DNA of 64,000 bases from an uncultured virus (IMG/VR IMGVR_UViG_3300021376_000001) (lineage: Duplodnaviria > Heunggongvirae > Uroviricota > Caudoviricetes). Position 1 is the first letter of the stretch. Each line of letters opens with the position of its first letter. Shown one piece after another: positions 24,175 through 33,830 of the stretch. The stretch lies in the IMG/VR virus record IMGVR_UViG_3300021376_000001. The stretch is one strand, 5' to 3'. The notes below the pieces were generated by a model, which did no database searches, was not told the origin of the DNA, and saw only the letters and a list, made by a program, of their open reading frames with translations. The position numbers and the translations under genes are program-made.

Positions 24175-26289
24175 ATGCAACATCAGCGTTTTTTATGCGT
24201 GGCGGAAGTTACACAAGGTGAGACAAACCTTGGCCATTTCAATGAGGCCGGCATTCGCTCCGATGGGCTGCAGAACGTCTTCACCGGCATGGGCACAAGC
24301 CGGGACAAGACCACCCGCACTACTGTCAAGCCCGTCACGTTTATGAGCCACACGGAGCTGGAGGGCTTGTATGCCCACTGGCTAATGCGGCGTGTGGTGG
24401 ATTTAGTAGCTGATGAGGCCACCCGTGAAGGCTTTGAGATTTTGTTTGGCGGAGAGGGCGTAAATGCCGAGACACTCAGTGGCGTTGAGCAAGCCATTGA
24501 AGATCTCAACATCCTGCCGTTCTTCAATGAAGCAGCCAAGACAAGCCGCCTTTATGGCGGCAGTTGCCTGCTTCTTTACATCGATGACGGACGCCCGGCA
24601 AATATGCCAGTGGACCGAAATAACATCCGCGCTGTGGAGGGTATGGAATGTTTAGATCGTCATCAGATTGCCCCGGTGATCAGCGAGGAGAGCTTATATG
24701 ACTATGCCAAGGCAACGTACTACCAGATTATTTCTGGTGATTTGATCCAAAAACCAAATCTCACCATCATTCACAAAGATCGCTTGCTGCGGTTCGATGG
24801 CATTTGGTTACCGTATCGCGTGCGTCAGGAGAACTATGGCTGGGGCATGAGTGTGCTGCAAAGCGTGTTTGAAAGCTTCAAGCACTACTACAGCGGCACG
24901 GCCTCCATGGCCACATTGCTCACTGAATTTGACATCTTTGTCCACAAAGTGAGAGGCCTTGCATCGATGCTGGCCGCTGGCAAAGAAGGGCAAGTGCGAG
25001 ACCGCTTGCAATTGAATGACATGAGCAAAAGCATCTATCGCGGCTACGCGATTGATGCGGAAAAAGAAGAACTTGCGTTTGTTAGCCGGCAATTTGGTGG
25101 CGTCAGTGAAATCCTTGAGAAACTGCGCATTGATGTGATTGCTGCTGCGGGCATTCCTCATACGCTTTTGTTTGGACAGTCGCCGTCTGGTCTTGGTGCA
25201 ACGGGCCGTTCGGAGGAGCGTGACTTTGCCAAGACTTGCCACCACTATCAAGAGGCAAGCTTCCGTAAGCCGCTGAACAAGCTGATGGAATACATCATGC
25301 TGAGCAAGCAGGGGCCGACAAATGGAAGAATGCCGGACAACTGGCGCGTGAGTTTTAAGCCGCTGTTTGAAATGAACGAGCGGGAACTGGCGGACGTGCG
25401 GGCGCGTGTGGCCGCAGTGGATGCTCGCTACATTCAAGTAGGCGTGTTGACGCCGCAGGAAGTGGCGGATTCGAGGTTTGGGAAGAGCGAATACAGCATT
25501 GAAACCACCATTGATCCGTCAATCAAGCGAGAGCTGCCGCAAAAAGCGGCAGCGGGGCAAGTGCCCCCTGGCGGGCGTGACCCTTTGGATCAACAGAACG
25601 GGGCTCTTCCAATGGACGGCACCCGTGAGGCATCGGAAGGGGCCGTGGCGGAGAAGACAGACGCTGCTGGCTTGTTCCTGGAGAAAGACTTAGAAGTGAA
25701 GCGCGGTGATGTGACATTCACTGATAAAGATTTGCATTCCCGAGCAGTATCTGCAGCAAAATCCAAGTTCAAGGTGTGGCCTTCAGCTTATGCCAGCGGC
25801 TATGTGGTACAGCGCTATAAAGAAATGTACAAGCGCAAGCATGGTTCGCTGTCAGGCGCCTTCAAGGGCGATGAGGGCGAAATCCATGGTGACGATTTGG
25901 ATCAATGGTTCAAGGAAAAGTGGGTGAGGATTGGAGCAAATGGCGAAATCCAGGGTCCATGTGGCGGCCGAAGTGAGGGGGAAGGCAAGCCGAAATGCTT
26001 GCCCCAGGCCAAGGCTCAAGCATTGTCCAAAGAGGAGCGGCAGACAATTGTGGCCCGCAAACGCCGAAAGGATCCTGATGCTGAGCGTCGTGGTCCAGCA
26101 AAGATGGTGAGCAGCAAGGTAGACGCTATTGAGTCCGTCAAGGTAGAAGGACTATTGCTTGGCGACTATGACGAGGCCGCTCAGATCACTGCTGCTGACA
26201 TCGATGCTGCATTGAACCAATGGAAGCAAGAAGCACCTGAGCGCTTTAAGGACATTTTGGAGGCTGGTGATGTTGAGCCCGCTCAGTGA
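24175..26289 (+). CDS. portal protein (DUF1073-type) with long C-terminal extension
   Basis: RRVVD..A.EATR.G, RLYGG, IHKDR, WG.SVL and GIP.T.LFGQSP.GL motifs; start may be GTG 24199. Confidence 0.85.
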   Translation: MQHQRFLCVAEVTQGETNLGHFNEAGIRSDGLQNVFTGMGTSRDKTTRTTVKPVTFMSHTELEGLYAHWLMRRVVDLVADEATREGFEILFGGEGVNAETLSGVEQAIEDLNILPFFNEAAKTSRLYGGSCLLLYIDDGRPANMPVDRNNIRAVEGMECLDRHQIAPVISEESLYDYAKATYYQIISGDLIQKPNLTIIHKDRLLRFDGIWLPYRVRQENYGWGMSVLQSVFESFKHYYSGTASMATLLTEFDIFVHKVRGLASMLAAGKEGQVRDRLQLNDMSKSIYRGYAIDAEKEELAFVSRQFGGVSEILEKLRIDVIAAAGIPHTLLFGQSPSGLGATGRSEERDFAKTCHHYQEASFRKPLNKLMEYIMLSKQGPTNGRMPDNWRVSFKPLFEMNERELADVRARVAAVDARYIQVGVLTPQEVADSRFGKSEYSIETTIDPSIKRELPQKAAAGQVPPGGRDPLDQQNGALPMDGTREASEGAVAEKTDAAGLFLEKDLEVKRGDVTFTDKDLHSRAVSAAKSKFKVWPSAYASGYVVQRYKEMYKRKHGSLSGAFKGDEGEIHGDDLDQWFKEKWVRIGANGEIQGPCGGRSEGEGKPKCLPQAKAQALSKEERQTIVARKRRKDPDAERRGPAKMVSSKVDAIESVKVEGLLLGDYDEAAQITAADIDAALNQWKQEAPERFKDILEAGDVEPAQ

Positions 26290-26932
26290 TCCATGGCCGA
26301 GGTTTGATGCCGATTGGTCATACGATCCGATTTCGGGGCGCTATCGGCGCCCCTTGGGGCAATTCATGAGCGAAAAGGCCGTTTCCACATTGATTGATGG
26401 TCGCATCGATAAATTGAGTGAAAATCTTCGGCGTTATACGCGCATGCTGGTGGATGGGAGTGTCACAATTGATCAATGGCAGGGCTCTGTCCGCGAAGCG
26501 CTTAAGACTGCTCATATTCAGGCAACAGTGCTTGGCCATGGCGGAAGAGACAGGCTTGGCGCTGCGGAATATGGGCGCATTGGTCAGAGGCTTCGTTCGG
26601 AATACGCTTATCTACAAAAGTTTGCTCGTGATCTTTTGGATGGGCGCGTTTCTGCTCCCATGGCTCTTGCTCGCGTGCAGCTATATGCTGAAAGCGTTCG
26701 TGGTAGTTACTGGGAAGGGACCACGATTCGACGGGAACGACAGGGCTATTCTCTAATGCGGCGCGTTTTGGATCCTGGAGCGCAACATTGTGATGATTGC
26801 ATTGCATTTGCATCGCGAGGCATTGTGCCAATTGGCAGCTTGCCGCTGCCAGGGCAGCGCTGTGCCTGTAGGGCTCGGTGCAGGTGTTCTGTTGAATACA
26901 AACGGCAGACGCCGCCTGCTGTTCCCGTATAA
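26270..26932 (+). CDS. head morphogenesis (Mu gpF/SPP1 gp7-like) protein
   Basis: Follows the portal; HCDDC...LPG..CACRARCRC. Confidence 0.6.
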   Translation: MLSPLSDPWPRFDADWSYDPISGRYRRPLGQFMSEKAVSTLIDGRIDKLSENLRRYTRMLVDGSVTIDQWQGSVREALKTAHIQATVLGHGGRDRLGAAEYGRIGQRLRSEYAYLQKFARDLLDGRVSAPMALARVQLYAESVRGSYWEGTTIRRERQGYSLMRRVLDPGAQHCDDCIAFASRGIVPIGSLPLPGQRCACRARCRCSVEYKRQTPPAVPV

Positions 26933-26969
26933 ATAGCACCATTAAGATGACGCAGACATCTGCGTTTCT

Positions 26970-28184
26970 ATGGCCAAAATTCTTTATTGCGGCGACTGCG
27001 CCGTGCAGACAGGCTTCGGGCGTGTAGCGGAAAATATCCTTCCTGTACTTGCCAAAGAGCACGAGATCGTTGTTCTGGCGGTGAACTACTGGGGCGATCC
27101 TCATGAGATGCCATTCCGTCTGTATCCGGCTATGCCTGGCGGTAACGATCCGTTCGGCTCGCATCGTCTGCCGGAGATTTTGCATAAGGAAAAGCCGGAT
27201 CTGGTGTTTGCCGTTAATGACATCTGGATCTTGAACAACCTGTGGGCAGCGGCCAAGCCTTACCAGGAAGAGCTGGGCTTCAAGTGGTATGGCTATTTCC
27301 CAACAGATAGTTATGGCTTCTTCCCGGACGTGTTTGAGCCATGCAAGGAATGGGATGGCATGGGCACTTACACGCAGTTTGGTTTGAAAGAGGTGCGAAA
27401 GGCTGGCTGTGAGCTGCCATGTGATGTAATCCCACATGGCATTGACCGTTCGACGTTCTTCCAAATGGACCAGAACGAATGTCGAAAGGAACTGGGGTTG
27501 CCGGAGGATGTGTTTGTGGTGTTCAACGGGAACCGTAACCAACCTCGCAAACGCATCGATTTGACAATCAAGGGTTTCATTCAGTTTGCACTGGACAAGC
27601 CTGATGCCCGCCTGTGGCTGCATATGGGCAAGAAAGACCAGGGCTGGGATCTGATCCCGCTGTTTAAGCGCATGTCGCGTGACTACGGCTTTGATTCAAC
27701 AGGCAAGCTTATTCTCACCAGTCAAGATTTTGACGTGACTCGCTGTTTACCAGTGGAGCGCTTGAACATGGTGTACAACGCTGCCGACATTGGCGTCAAC
27801 ACTTGCATCGGCGAGGGCTGGGGCCTTGTCAACTTTGAGCACGCCGCGACCAACACTGCGCAGGTGGTGCCGGACCATACAAGCCTGGTCGAGATTTTTG
27901 ATGCCATTCCTCGCATTCCAATTGAAAGCTGGAGCGTGGACCAGAACTATGGTCTAGACCGTGGCCAGCCATCGCCAGATGGCATGGCCCAGATCCTGAC
28001 GCACTACTACGAAAACCGCGAAGACCTGCAGAAAGTGGCCAATTGGTGCGGCTCCAGGCTTGCCCAGGATCAGTATTCGTGGGATGTGATTGGCGATGCG
28101 TTCTTGACCATTGTCAATCGCACCTTGGACGGGCCTGCAAAAAGCGGTCAAGGCTTTGATAAAAAGATCATGCCGGAGGTTTGA
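26970..28184 (+). CDS. glycosyltransferase, GT-B fold (GT4-like)
   Basis: TGFGRV, IPHGID, NRNQPRKR and YNAAD..GEGWGL..FEHAA motifs. Confidence 0.9.
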   Translation: MAKILYCGDCAVQTGFGRVAENILPVLAKEHEIVVLAVNYWGDPHEMPFRLYPAMPGGNDPFGSHRLPEILHKEKPDLVFAVNDIWILNNLWAAAKPYQEELGFKWYGYFPTDSYGFFPDVFEPCKEWDGMGTYTQFGLKEVRKAGCELPCDVIPHGIDRSTFFQMDQNECRKELGLPEDVFVVFNGNRNQPRKRIDLTIKGFIQFALDKPDARLWLHMGKKDQGWDLIPLFKRMSRDYGFDSTGKLILTSQDFDVTRCLPVERLNMVYNAADIGVNTCIGEGWGLVNFEHAATNTAQVVPDHTSLVEIFDAIPRIPIESWSVDQNYGLDRGQPSPDGMAQILTHYYENREDLQKVANWCGSRLAQDQYSWDVIGDAFLTIVNRTLDGPAKSGQGFDKKIMPEV

Positions 28185-28187
28185 GCT

Positions 28188-29600
28188 GTGAATTTTGACG
28201 TGCGTAAGGGCACGATGGATGCCCACATTTTTTATCAAGTTTTCAAGCGCAACGAATATGAGCTTGACAATTTGAACGGATATGTAGTGGTTGACATTGG
28301 CTGCCACATAGGTTCTTTTGCTGCCAAGGCCGTAGAGCGCGGTGCCAAACAGGTCGTGAGCTTTGAACCAAGCAAGGCAAATTTTGGTATTGCTGGCAGC
28401 AATTTATCTGGCTTGTCAATGTGCGAAGTGCGAAATTTAGCCGTTGGACGCAGCGATATTAATACGCCAATGCTGCTGGATATGAGTGATGATCCCACCA
28501 ACTTTGGTGGTTCATGCACGGTGACCGATTATGGTTCTCCTGTGGAAACGGTTTCTCTAGATGCAGTCATCGAGGAGCTGTCTCCAAAGATGATCAAGAT
28601 TGATGCAGAGGGAGCCGAATATCCGGTGCTTTACACATGCACTCGGCTTGATGAAGTGGAAACCATCTTTGGTGAATTCCACAATGCACTTGGCACTCAG
28701 GCTATGGGCATTTTTTCTTTGGACGAGCAAACGCCTGAGTTTTTGCAAGATTTCAAGGGGCGCCTCAATATACGAGCTCTGGCTGAATTCTTAAAAGAAA
28801 AAGGTTTTCGCGTATTGGTAGACAATATTGACGCCCAAATTGGTCACTTTTGGGCGTCAAAAACATTTCAAGGATTGACCGTGGCACCAAGTCCAAAGGA
28901 AGAGAGCGCTTTGTTTCCAGGAAAAGTTTGCACCCAAGTAGACCTGTCCTCTGGAAGCCTGCCGGGTGATGATCGCCCAATGGTATTTTGCATTAGTTTG
29001 CTGGAGCAAGAACGTTTACAGGCATTTGAGCAATGGGCCAATAAGCAGGGGCAGGAATATACGACATGGGCTGCGGTCGATGCTCGGAATATGTCTAGAG
29101 AAGAGGCTGAACAAGAGGCCGATCGCCCCGTGGAATGGGACATGCCAAATAATCCGGGAGCGCTAAAAAAACCCACGGAAGTGGGCCTGCTGCTGTCGTC
29201 AGTGCATTTATGGCAGCATGCTCTCGACCTTGGCCTGCCTTATTTAGCGGTAATTGAAGACGACGCAAAGCTTGTGGGGCCGTTAAAATTTAGCATACCA
29301 ATTGACGCGGATATTGTATTTTTTAATGACCGTAGTTACCGGCGTGAAGACGGCGTGGTGACTGGTGCAATTTGTGGCACTGATGGTTACTTGTTGACGC
29401 GGTCTGGCATACAAAAAATGTTGCAAATTTACGAACGCTTTTGGATGCCTGTTGACTTGCAGTGGCAGCCACAAATTGATGGCTTACGAGAGTGCGGGCA
29501 TGTGCTCTCTGGGTATTGGAATCGATTTTTGCCTTCAGTTATTGGTTATGCATTGCCCCCGTTAACTCAGCACGGTGCCTTTCAGAGCAGTATTCGTTAG
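28188..29600 (+). CDS. FkbM methyltransferase fused to GT25-like glycosyltransferase
   Basis: N-terminal VVDIGCHIG and KIDAEGAE; C-terminal FCISL..AVD..EVG..LS..IEDD..GT.GY..PVD. Confidence 0.8.
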   Translation: MNFDVRKGTMDAHIFYQVFKRNEYELDNLNGYVVVDIGCHIGSFAAKAVERGAKQVVSFEPSKANFGIAGSNLSGLSMCEVRNLAVGRSDINTPMLLDMSDDPTNFGGSCTVTDYGSPVETVSLDAVIEELSPKMIKIDAEGAEYPVLYTCTRLDEVETIFGEFHNALGTQAMGIFSLDEQTPEFLQDFKGRLNIRALAEFLKEKGFRVLVDNIDAQIGHFWASKTFQGLTVAPSPKEESALFPGKVCTQVDLSSGSLPGDDRPMVFCISLLEQERLQAFEQWANKQGQEYTTWAAVDARNMSREEAEQEADRPVEWDMPNNPGALKKPTEVGLLLSSVHLWQHALDLGLPYLAVIEDDAKLVGPLKFSIPIDADIVFFNDRSYRREDGVVTGAICGTDGYLLTRSGIQKMLQIYERFWMPVDLQWQPQIDGLRECGHVLSGYWNRFLPSVIGYALPPLTQHGAFQSSIR

Positions 29601-29740
29601 GATCAATAAAATTTTTCAGAATGATTTCCTTTCTCGCATTGATGGGATGTGCATATAGTTGATCATGGGGCAACACAATGTGTATGTGGTTGATCATGAA
29701 ATTGCTTAGATTGGTAGGCAGTTGAGCTTGTTATTCGGCA

Positions 29741-30076
29741 ATGTCTGATCGAGAAGACGCCAAGAAGATGTCGGCCCGCCAGAAAAAGGTGGCCAAGGTA
29801 ATGCGTGAATTCAAGGCTGGCACCTTGAAGAGCAGCAGTGGCAAGCCGGTTAAGAACCGCCAGCAGGCAATTGCCATTGCCATGAGCGAAGCCGGCATGA
29901 GCCGCGAAGGGAAGAGTGATGAATACTGGGATGCCTACATCGATACCATGTGCGGCTCGATGAGCAAAGAAAGGACGGGGGAGGAGGGGGAAGAGGAGGA
30001 AGAAATGGATGCTGGAGCGGCAGAGGCCCGTTGCCGTGGCTATTTGTCTTCGCTAAAGAAAAGAAAAAAGGCCTGA
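29741..30076 (+). CDS. small basic/acidic head-region protein (DUF6496-like N-terminus)
   Basis: KKVAKVMREFKAGTLKSSSG..V.NRQQAIAIAMSEAG. Confidence 0.75.
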   Translation: MSDREDAKKMSARQKKVAKVMREFKAGTLKSSSGKPVKNRQQAIAIAMSEAGMSREGKSDEYWDAYIDTMCGSMSKERTGEEGEEEEEMDAGAAEARCRGYLSSLKKRKKA

Positions 30077-30417
30077 GGGGAGACGCTGAAAGCTTCTCCC
30101 CTCCATCGGGAGTGCGTAGTGCTGCTCGCCGAGGGCTGGTCCTGCGCAAGAAGCATGGCAAGGGCGGGCTTACCACTCAGGAAGCTGGTAAGCAGGGTAT
30201 CGGAAGCGGTGTGGCACGAGCTACGTCGCTAGCCAATGGTGAGGCCGTCAGTGCTGAAACAATTAGGAGAATGGCGGCGTTCTTTTCGCGCCATGAAAAG
30301 AACAAGAGTGGTGGAGAGGATGATGCTGGCTACATCGCATGGCTTTTGTGGGGTGGCGATGCAGGGAGAGCTTGGGCGAGTCGTGTGATTAGCATGCTGG
30401 AGAAGCGCTCTAATTGA
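30064..30417 (+). CDS. -1 frame extension of 29741..30076 (conserved phage head-associated domain)
   Basis: A_AAA_AAG plus hairpin; AARRGL...GVARA..RM..FF.RHE...IAWLLWGGDAG.AWA. Confidence 0.7.
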   Translation, partial: KKGLRGDAESFSPPSGVRSAARRGLVLRKKHGKGGLTTQEAGKQGIGSGVARATSLANGEAVSAETIRRMAAFFSRHEKNKSGGEDDAGYIAWLLWGGDAGRAWASRVISMLEKRSN

Positions 30418-30420
30418 ACA

Positions 30421-30735
30421 ATGGAAGGCGTGCGGATCGTGCGGGAAGAAGAAGACGGCATCAGCGTGATGCAGGCGCTGCAAATCCTTTCAAGGAACGC
30501 TCATCGCAATACCAGTCGTTGGGAGTTGGTAGAAAAGCAAGTATTTAAGAACGGGCGTTTAGAGGAAACGCACGAGTACGTGGTGAGTTCCTATGACTTA
30601 CCTGATTCTCAATTTGAATCCGCCAAGTTTTTGGTGTTTGAAGCAGTGGCCATGGCCAAGGCTTACATCATGGAAGGCATTGAAGAGCAGCTTGCTTCCA
30701 TTCGAGAGCAAGGTGACGAAGACGAAGACGATTAA
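30421..30735 (+). CDS. hypothetical protein
   Basis: 104 aa ATG ORF. Confidence 0.65.
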   Translation: MEGVRIVREEEDGISVMQALQILSRNAHRNTSRWELVEKQVFKNGRLEETHEYVVSSYDLPDSQFESAKFLVFEAVAMAKAYIMEGIEEQLASIREQGDEDEDD

Positions 30736-31007
30736 TTATTAGTGGCGTGAACAACAAAGCTGGGATAGCCCATAAGCCACAACACACTGAGTTGAAACAA
30801 GCCGCTTAATATGCGAATTTGCGCAACATCAGGGGCCACAAGGCCCCTTTCTATTCTTGAAATTGTTGCTTGATCGCAGAAGATGGCGCTTGCCACATCT
30901 TTCTGACTGAGGCCGCAGTTTAGCCGAGCTTCGCGAATGCGCCTACCAATTACTAATTTCGCTTCAACGTAAGACAGGGTCGGGGCCTGAACCTTGGGTA
31001 ATACCAT
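30732..31007 (-). CDS. XRE/Cro-C1 HTH regulator
   Basis: IGRRIREARL..GLSQKDVA....DQATISRIERG; start approximate. Confidence 0.85.
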   Translation of the reverse strand: MVLPKVQAPTLSYVEAKLVIGRRIREARLNCGLSQKDVASAIFCDQATISRIERGLVAPDVAQIRILSGLFQLSVLWLMGYPSFVVHATNN

Positions 31008-31072
31008 GTAATTTGATGCAGCCTTGCATAAGAACAATTATCATACATAATTAATATCGATACAGTATATGT

Positions 31073-32269
31073 ATGAGCACCACGTCTTGCCGTTACGACG
31101 TTTCTCCAATTGAGAAACACGAGCTCACGCCCGAAGGCTATCTTCGTGTATGGGCTTCTATAGCGCGTACTGGCATTCAGCATTACACCGATGCTGATGG
31201 TTCTATTCGGCGGGAATATCGCCCGTTGGAGGAAGTGGCGTCTCCAGAAAGCCTTGCCTCATTTGCGGGAAAGGCTATCACCATGGAACATCCTCCTGTA
31301 CTCCTGGACAGCGAGAACACTAAGAATTACCAAATCGGCTTCACGGGATCTGAAATCGTTTACGACAACGGTTTCGTGAAGGCGGTGATGACGGTCACCG
31401 ATAAGGAGACCATCGAGAAGGTGATGAAAGGCGATGTTCGTGAAGTGAGCGCCGGCTATCGAGTTAATTACGACCCGACGCCTGGCGTTACCGATGGTGG
31501 CGAGCATTACGACGGCATCCAAAAGGAGATCAGTGGTAATCACGTCGCTATCGTTCGTCGGGGCCGAGCCGGCCCGCAGGTAAGGCTGCATTTGGATCGC
31601 CAAGATGCCGCCGATCCCTCTCTAATTTCCATTGAGGAAAACCAAACTATGTCCGCCAAAGTCGTTTTCGACGGCGCCGAGTTTGAGGTGACCGAGAGCG
31701 TTGCTCTGGCGATCACCAAAGAACGCGAAGACGCCAAGATGTCCTACGAGGACATGAAGAAGAAGTACGACGAGCTTCAAGCCGCTGCTGATTCCATGAA
31801 GGCCGAAATGGACGCCATGGAAAAGGAAATGAAGGGCAAGTGCGACTCCGCCGCAGGGCGGGCCGACGCCCTGGCTGAGCAAGTCGATGCTCTCAAGGCT
31901 GAACTCGATGAAGCCAAGCAAATCAACGTGGATTCCATTGTTGAAGAGCGCCTGGTTCTTATTGAGAAGGCTAAGCCTGTGCTGGATTCTGCCTATGAAT
32001 TCAGTGGCAAGAGCGCCCGTGCAGTGATGGTGGACGCCATCAAAGCTGTGCGTGGCGACTCCATCGAACTGGATGAGCGGTCTGATGACTATGTGCTCGC
32101 CATGTTTGACACTCTGTCGGAATCCGCTGCTGAGCGGGCCGATTCCACCGAAGCCCTCCGTAAGGCCGTTGCTTCGATTGCTGCTCCTGCCTCTGCGCCT
32201 GTTTCCTACATGGACAAGCTGCAGAATGCCTGGAAAGCTCCTCTTTCTATTTCCAAGGAGGCCAAGTAA
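31073..32269 (+). CDS. DUF2213-type prohead protease/scaffold
   Basis: TPEGYL..IARTG, PP..ITMEHP, EVSAGY, GNHVAIV..GRAG; coiled-coil C-terminus. Confidence 0.85.
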   Translation: MSTTSCRYDVSPIEKHELTPEGYLRVWASIARTGIQHYTDADGSIRREYRPLEEVASPESLASFAGKAITMEHPPVLLDSENTKNYQIGFTGSEIVYDNGFVKAVMTVTDKETIEKVMKGDVREVSAGYRVNYDPTPGVTDGGEHYDGIQKEISGNHVAIVRRGRAGPQVRLHLDRQDAADPSLISIEENQTMSAKVVFDGAEFEVTESVALAITKEREDAKMSYEDMKKKYDELQAAADSMKAEMDAMEKEMKGKCDSAAGRADALAEQVDALKAELDEAKQINVDSIVEERLVLIEKAKPVLDSAYEFSGKSARAVMVDAIKAVRGDSIELDERSDDYVLAMFDTLSESAAERADSTEALRKAVASIAAPASAPVSYMDKLQNAWKAPLSISKEAK

Positions 32270-32272
32270 TCC

Positions 32273-32845
32273 ATGTCCATCACTTTCTCCGGCGTTAGCA
32301 CTGGCGCTGCCGGCGGTGTGCAGCAGGCCTATGCGCTGGCACAAACCGCCCTGGTGGAAGGTCAGTTTGCTGACACTGCTGACAATACAGTCGGCACCTT
32401 TATCAACGAGACCGGCGCCGTGCTGCCTTTTGGCAACGTGGTGGTGGTAAACACCGCCGGTACTGTCGGTAACTCGACCAAGACTATTGCTGCCACTGGC
32501 GACGCCGTTCTGGGCGTGCATGGCCGCACCTACATCGAAGAAACCGCCAACGACGCCAATAGCCGTCTCGGCGCTTCTGACGCTCAAGCCGTAAATGTCC
32601 TTACCGAGGGCAAGGTGTCCGTGTATGTGACTGGTGCTGTGGACTTCACATCGCCCGTTCGCGTGCTGTACACCACTCACACCGGCACCACTGCTGGCGC
32701 TCACCCCGGTCGCTTCTCTCACGTTTACGTGAGCGGCAAGACCATGCGTCTGTCTAATGCCCGTTGGGCTTCTAAGACCACCGGCGCTGGCCTGGCCATT
32801 CTGGAGCTGAACGGCCCCAGCTTCTCCCTCTCCGCTGATTCCTGA
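32273..32845 (+). CDS. head decoration/cement protein
   Basis: Between scaffold and major capsid; beta-rich, LPFG motif. Confidence 0.7.
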   Translation: MSITFSGVSTGAAGGVQQAYALAQTALVEGQFADTADNTVGTFINETGAVLPFGNVVVVNTAGTVGNSTKTIAATGDAVLGVHGRTYIEETANDANSRLGASDAQAVNVLTEGKVSVYVTGAVDFTSPVRVLYTTHTGTTAGAHPGRFSHVYVSGKTMRLSNARWASKTTGAGLAILELNGPSFSLSADS

Positions 32846-32857
32846 TAGGAGGAAACA

Positions 32858-33772
32858 ATGAGCGAATTTCGTATGGACGAGGCAGGTCTGTTTCTTGAGC
32901 GCCAGCTTGAGTACATCCGCCCCCAAATTTTCGAGACAGAGTATGCGGATATTAAATATCCGACACTTCTGCCTGTGACAAGTGAAGCTGGCCCCGGCGC
33001 TCAGACCTTCACCTATCGCATCATGGACGCCACTGGGCAATTCAAGGTGATCAGCGATGCTGCTGATGATCTGCCCCGTTCGGACGTGACGCAAACCGAG
33101 AAGAGCATCAACATCCGCTCCATCGGTGGTTCCTTCGGCTACACAGTTCAGGAGCTGCGTGCAGCTCAAATGGCAAATGTGGCCCTGGAGCAGCGTCGTG
33201 CTGCCGCTGTGCGTCGCGCTTATGAGGAAAAAGTGGAAGCCATCGCCCTCTTCGGCGAAAGCTCCGTTTCCCTGCAAGGCTTCTTCAACAACTCCACTGT
33301 GGACGTTGTTGCTGCTGACCAGTGGTTCACTGGCGCTACCGCCACTGGCACCACCGCTCAGGAAATGCTTGAGCTGCTGAACTATGGCGTGACTGCCATC
33401 ATCAATGGCTCCAACATGAAGGAGCAGCCCGACACCATTCTGATGGCGTGGGAAGATTACAGCGTGATCTCCACCACTCGCAACTCGGATAGCTCGGATG
33501 TGACTGTGCTGGAATACTTCCTGCGCACCAATCCCTTCATCCGCAATGTTGAGCCGATCAATCAACTTGCTTCCAGCAAGGGTCTGCTCAGCAAGAACCG
33601 CATGGTGTTCTACAAGCGCGATCCCGGCAAAGTGCAACTGCACATTCCGCAGCCCCTTGAGCTGTTTCCGCCTCAACAGCGTGGTCTGGAATTTGTGGTT
33701 CCTGCACATGCTCGCGTTGGTGGTGTCGCTCTGTACTATCCCAAGAGCGTTCTGTATTTGCAGGCTCCCTGA
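32858..33772 (+). CDS. major capsid protein (DUF2184/HK97 fold)
   Basis: FLERQLEYI, YTVQELRAA and RVGGV..YYP motifs; strong codon bias. Confidence 0.9.
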   Translation: MSEFRMDEAGLFLERQLEYIRPQIFETEYADIKYPTLLPVTSEAGPGAQTFTYRIMDATGQFKVISDAADDLPRSDVTQTEKSINIRSIGGSFGYTVQELRAAQMANVALEQRRAAAVRRAYEEKVEAIALFGESSVSLQGFFNNSTVDVVAADQWFTGATATGTTAQEMLELLNYGVTAIINGSNMKEQPDTILMAWEDYSVISTTRNSDSSDVTVLEYFLRTNPFIRNVEPINQLASSKGLLSKNRMVFYKRDPGKVQLHIPQPLELFPPQQRGLEFVVPAHARVGGVALYYPKSVLYLQAP

Positions 33773-33830
33773 GTCTGACAGTCAAGGAAGGGGCGGTTAA
33801 GCTTACATCGTTTGTTTTTTATTACAACAA

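Noticed and set aside
24175..26289. Anti-CBASS Acb1 label sometimes attached to this family
   Set aside because: Motifs, size and position fit a portal; I saw no paired HxT/S 2H-phosphoesterase motifs.
26502..27623. 373-aa minus-strand ORF
   Set aside because: Antisense to the head morphogenesis and glycosyltransferase genes, with no recognisable motifs.
31622..33709. 695-aa minus-strand ORF
   Set aside because: Antisense shadow of the codon-biased scaffold, decoration and capsid genes.
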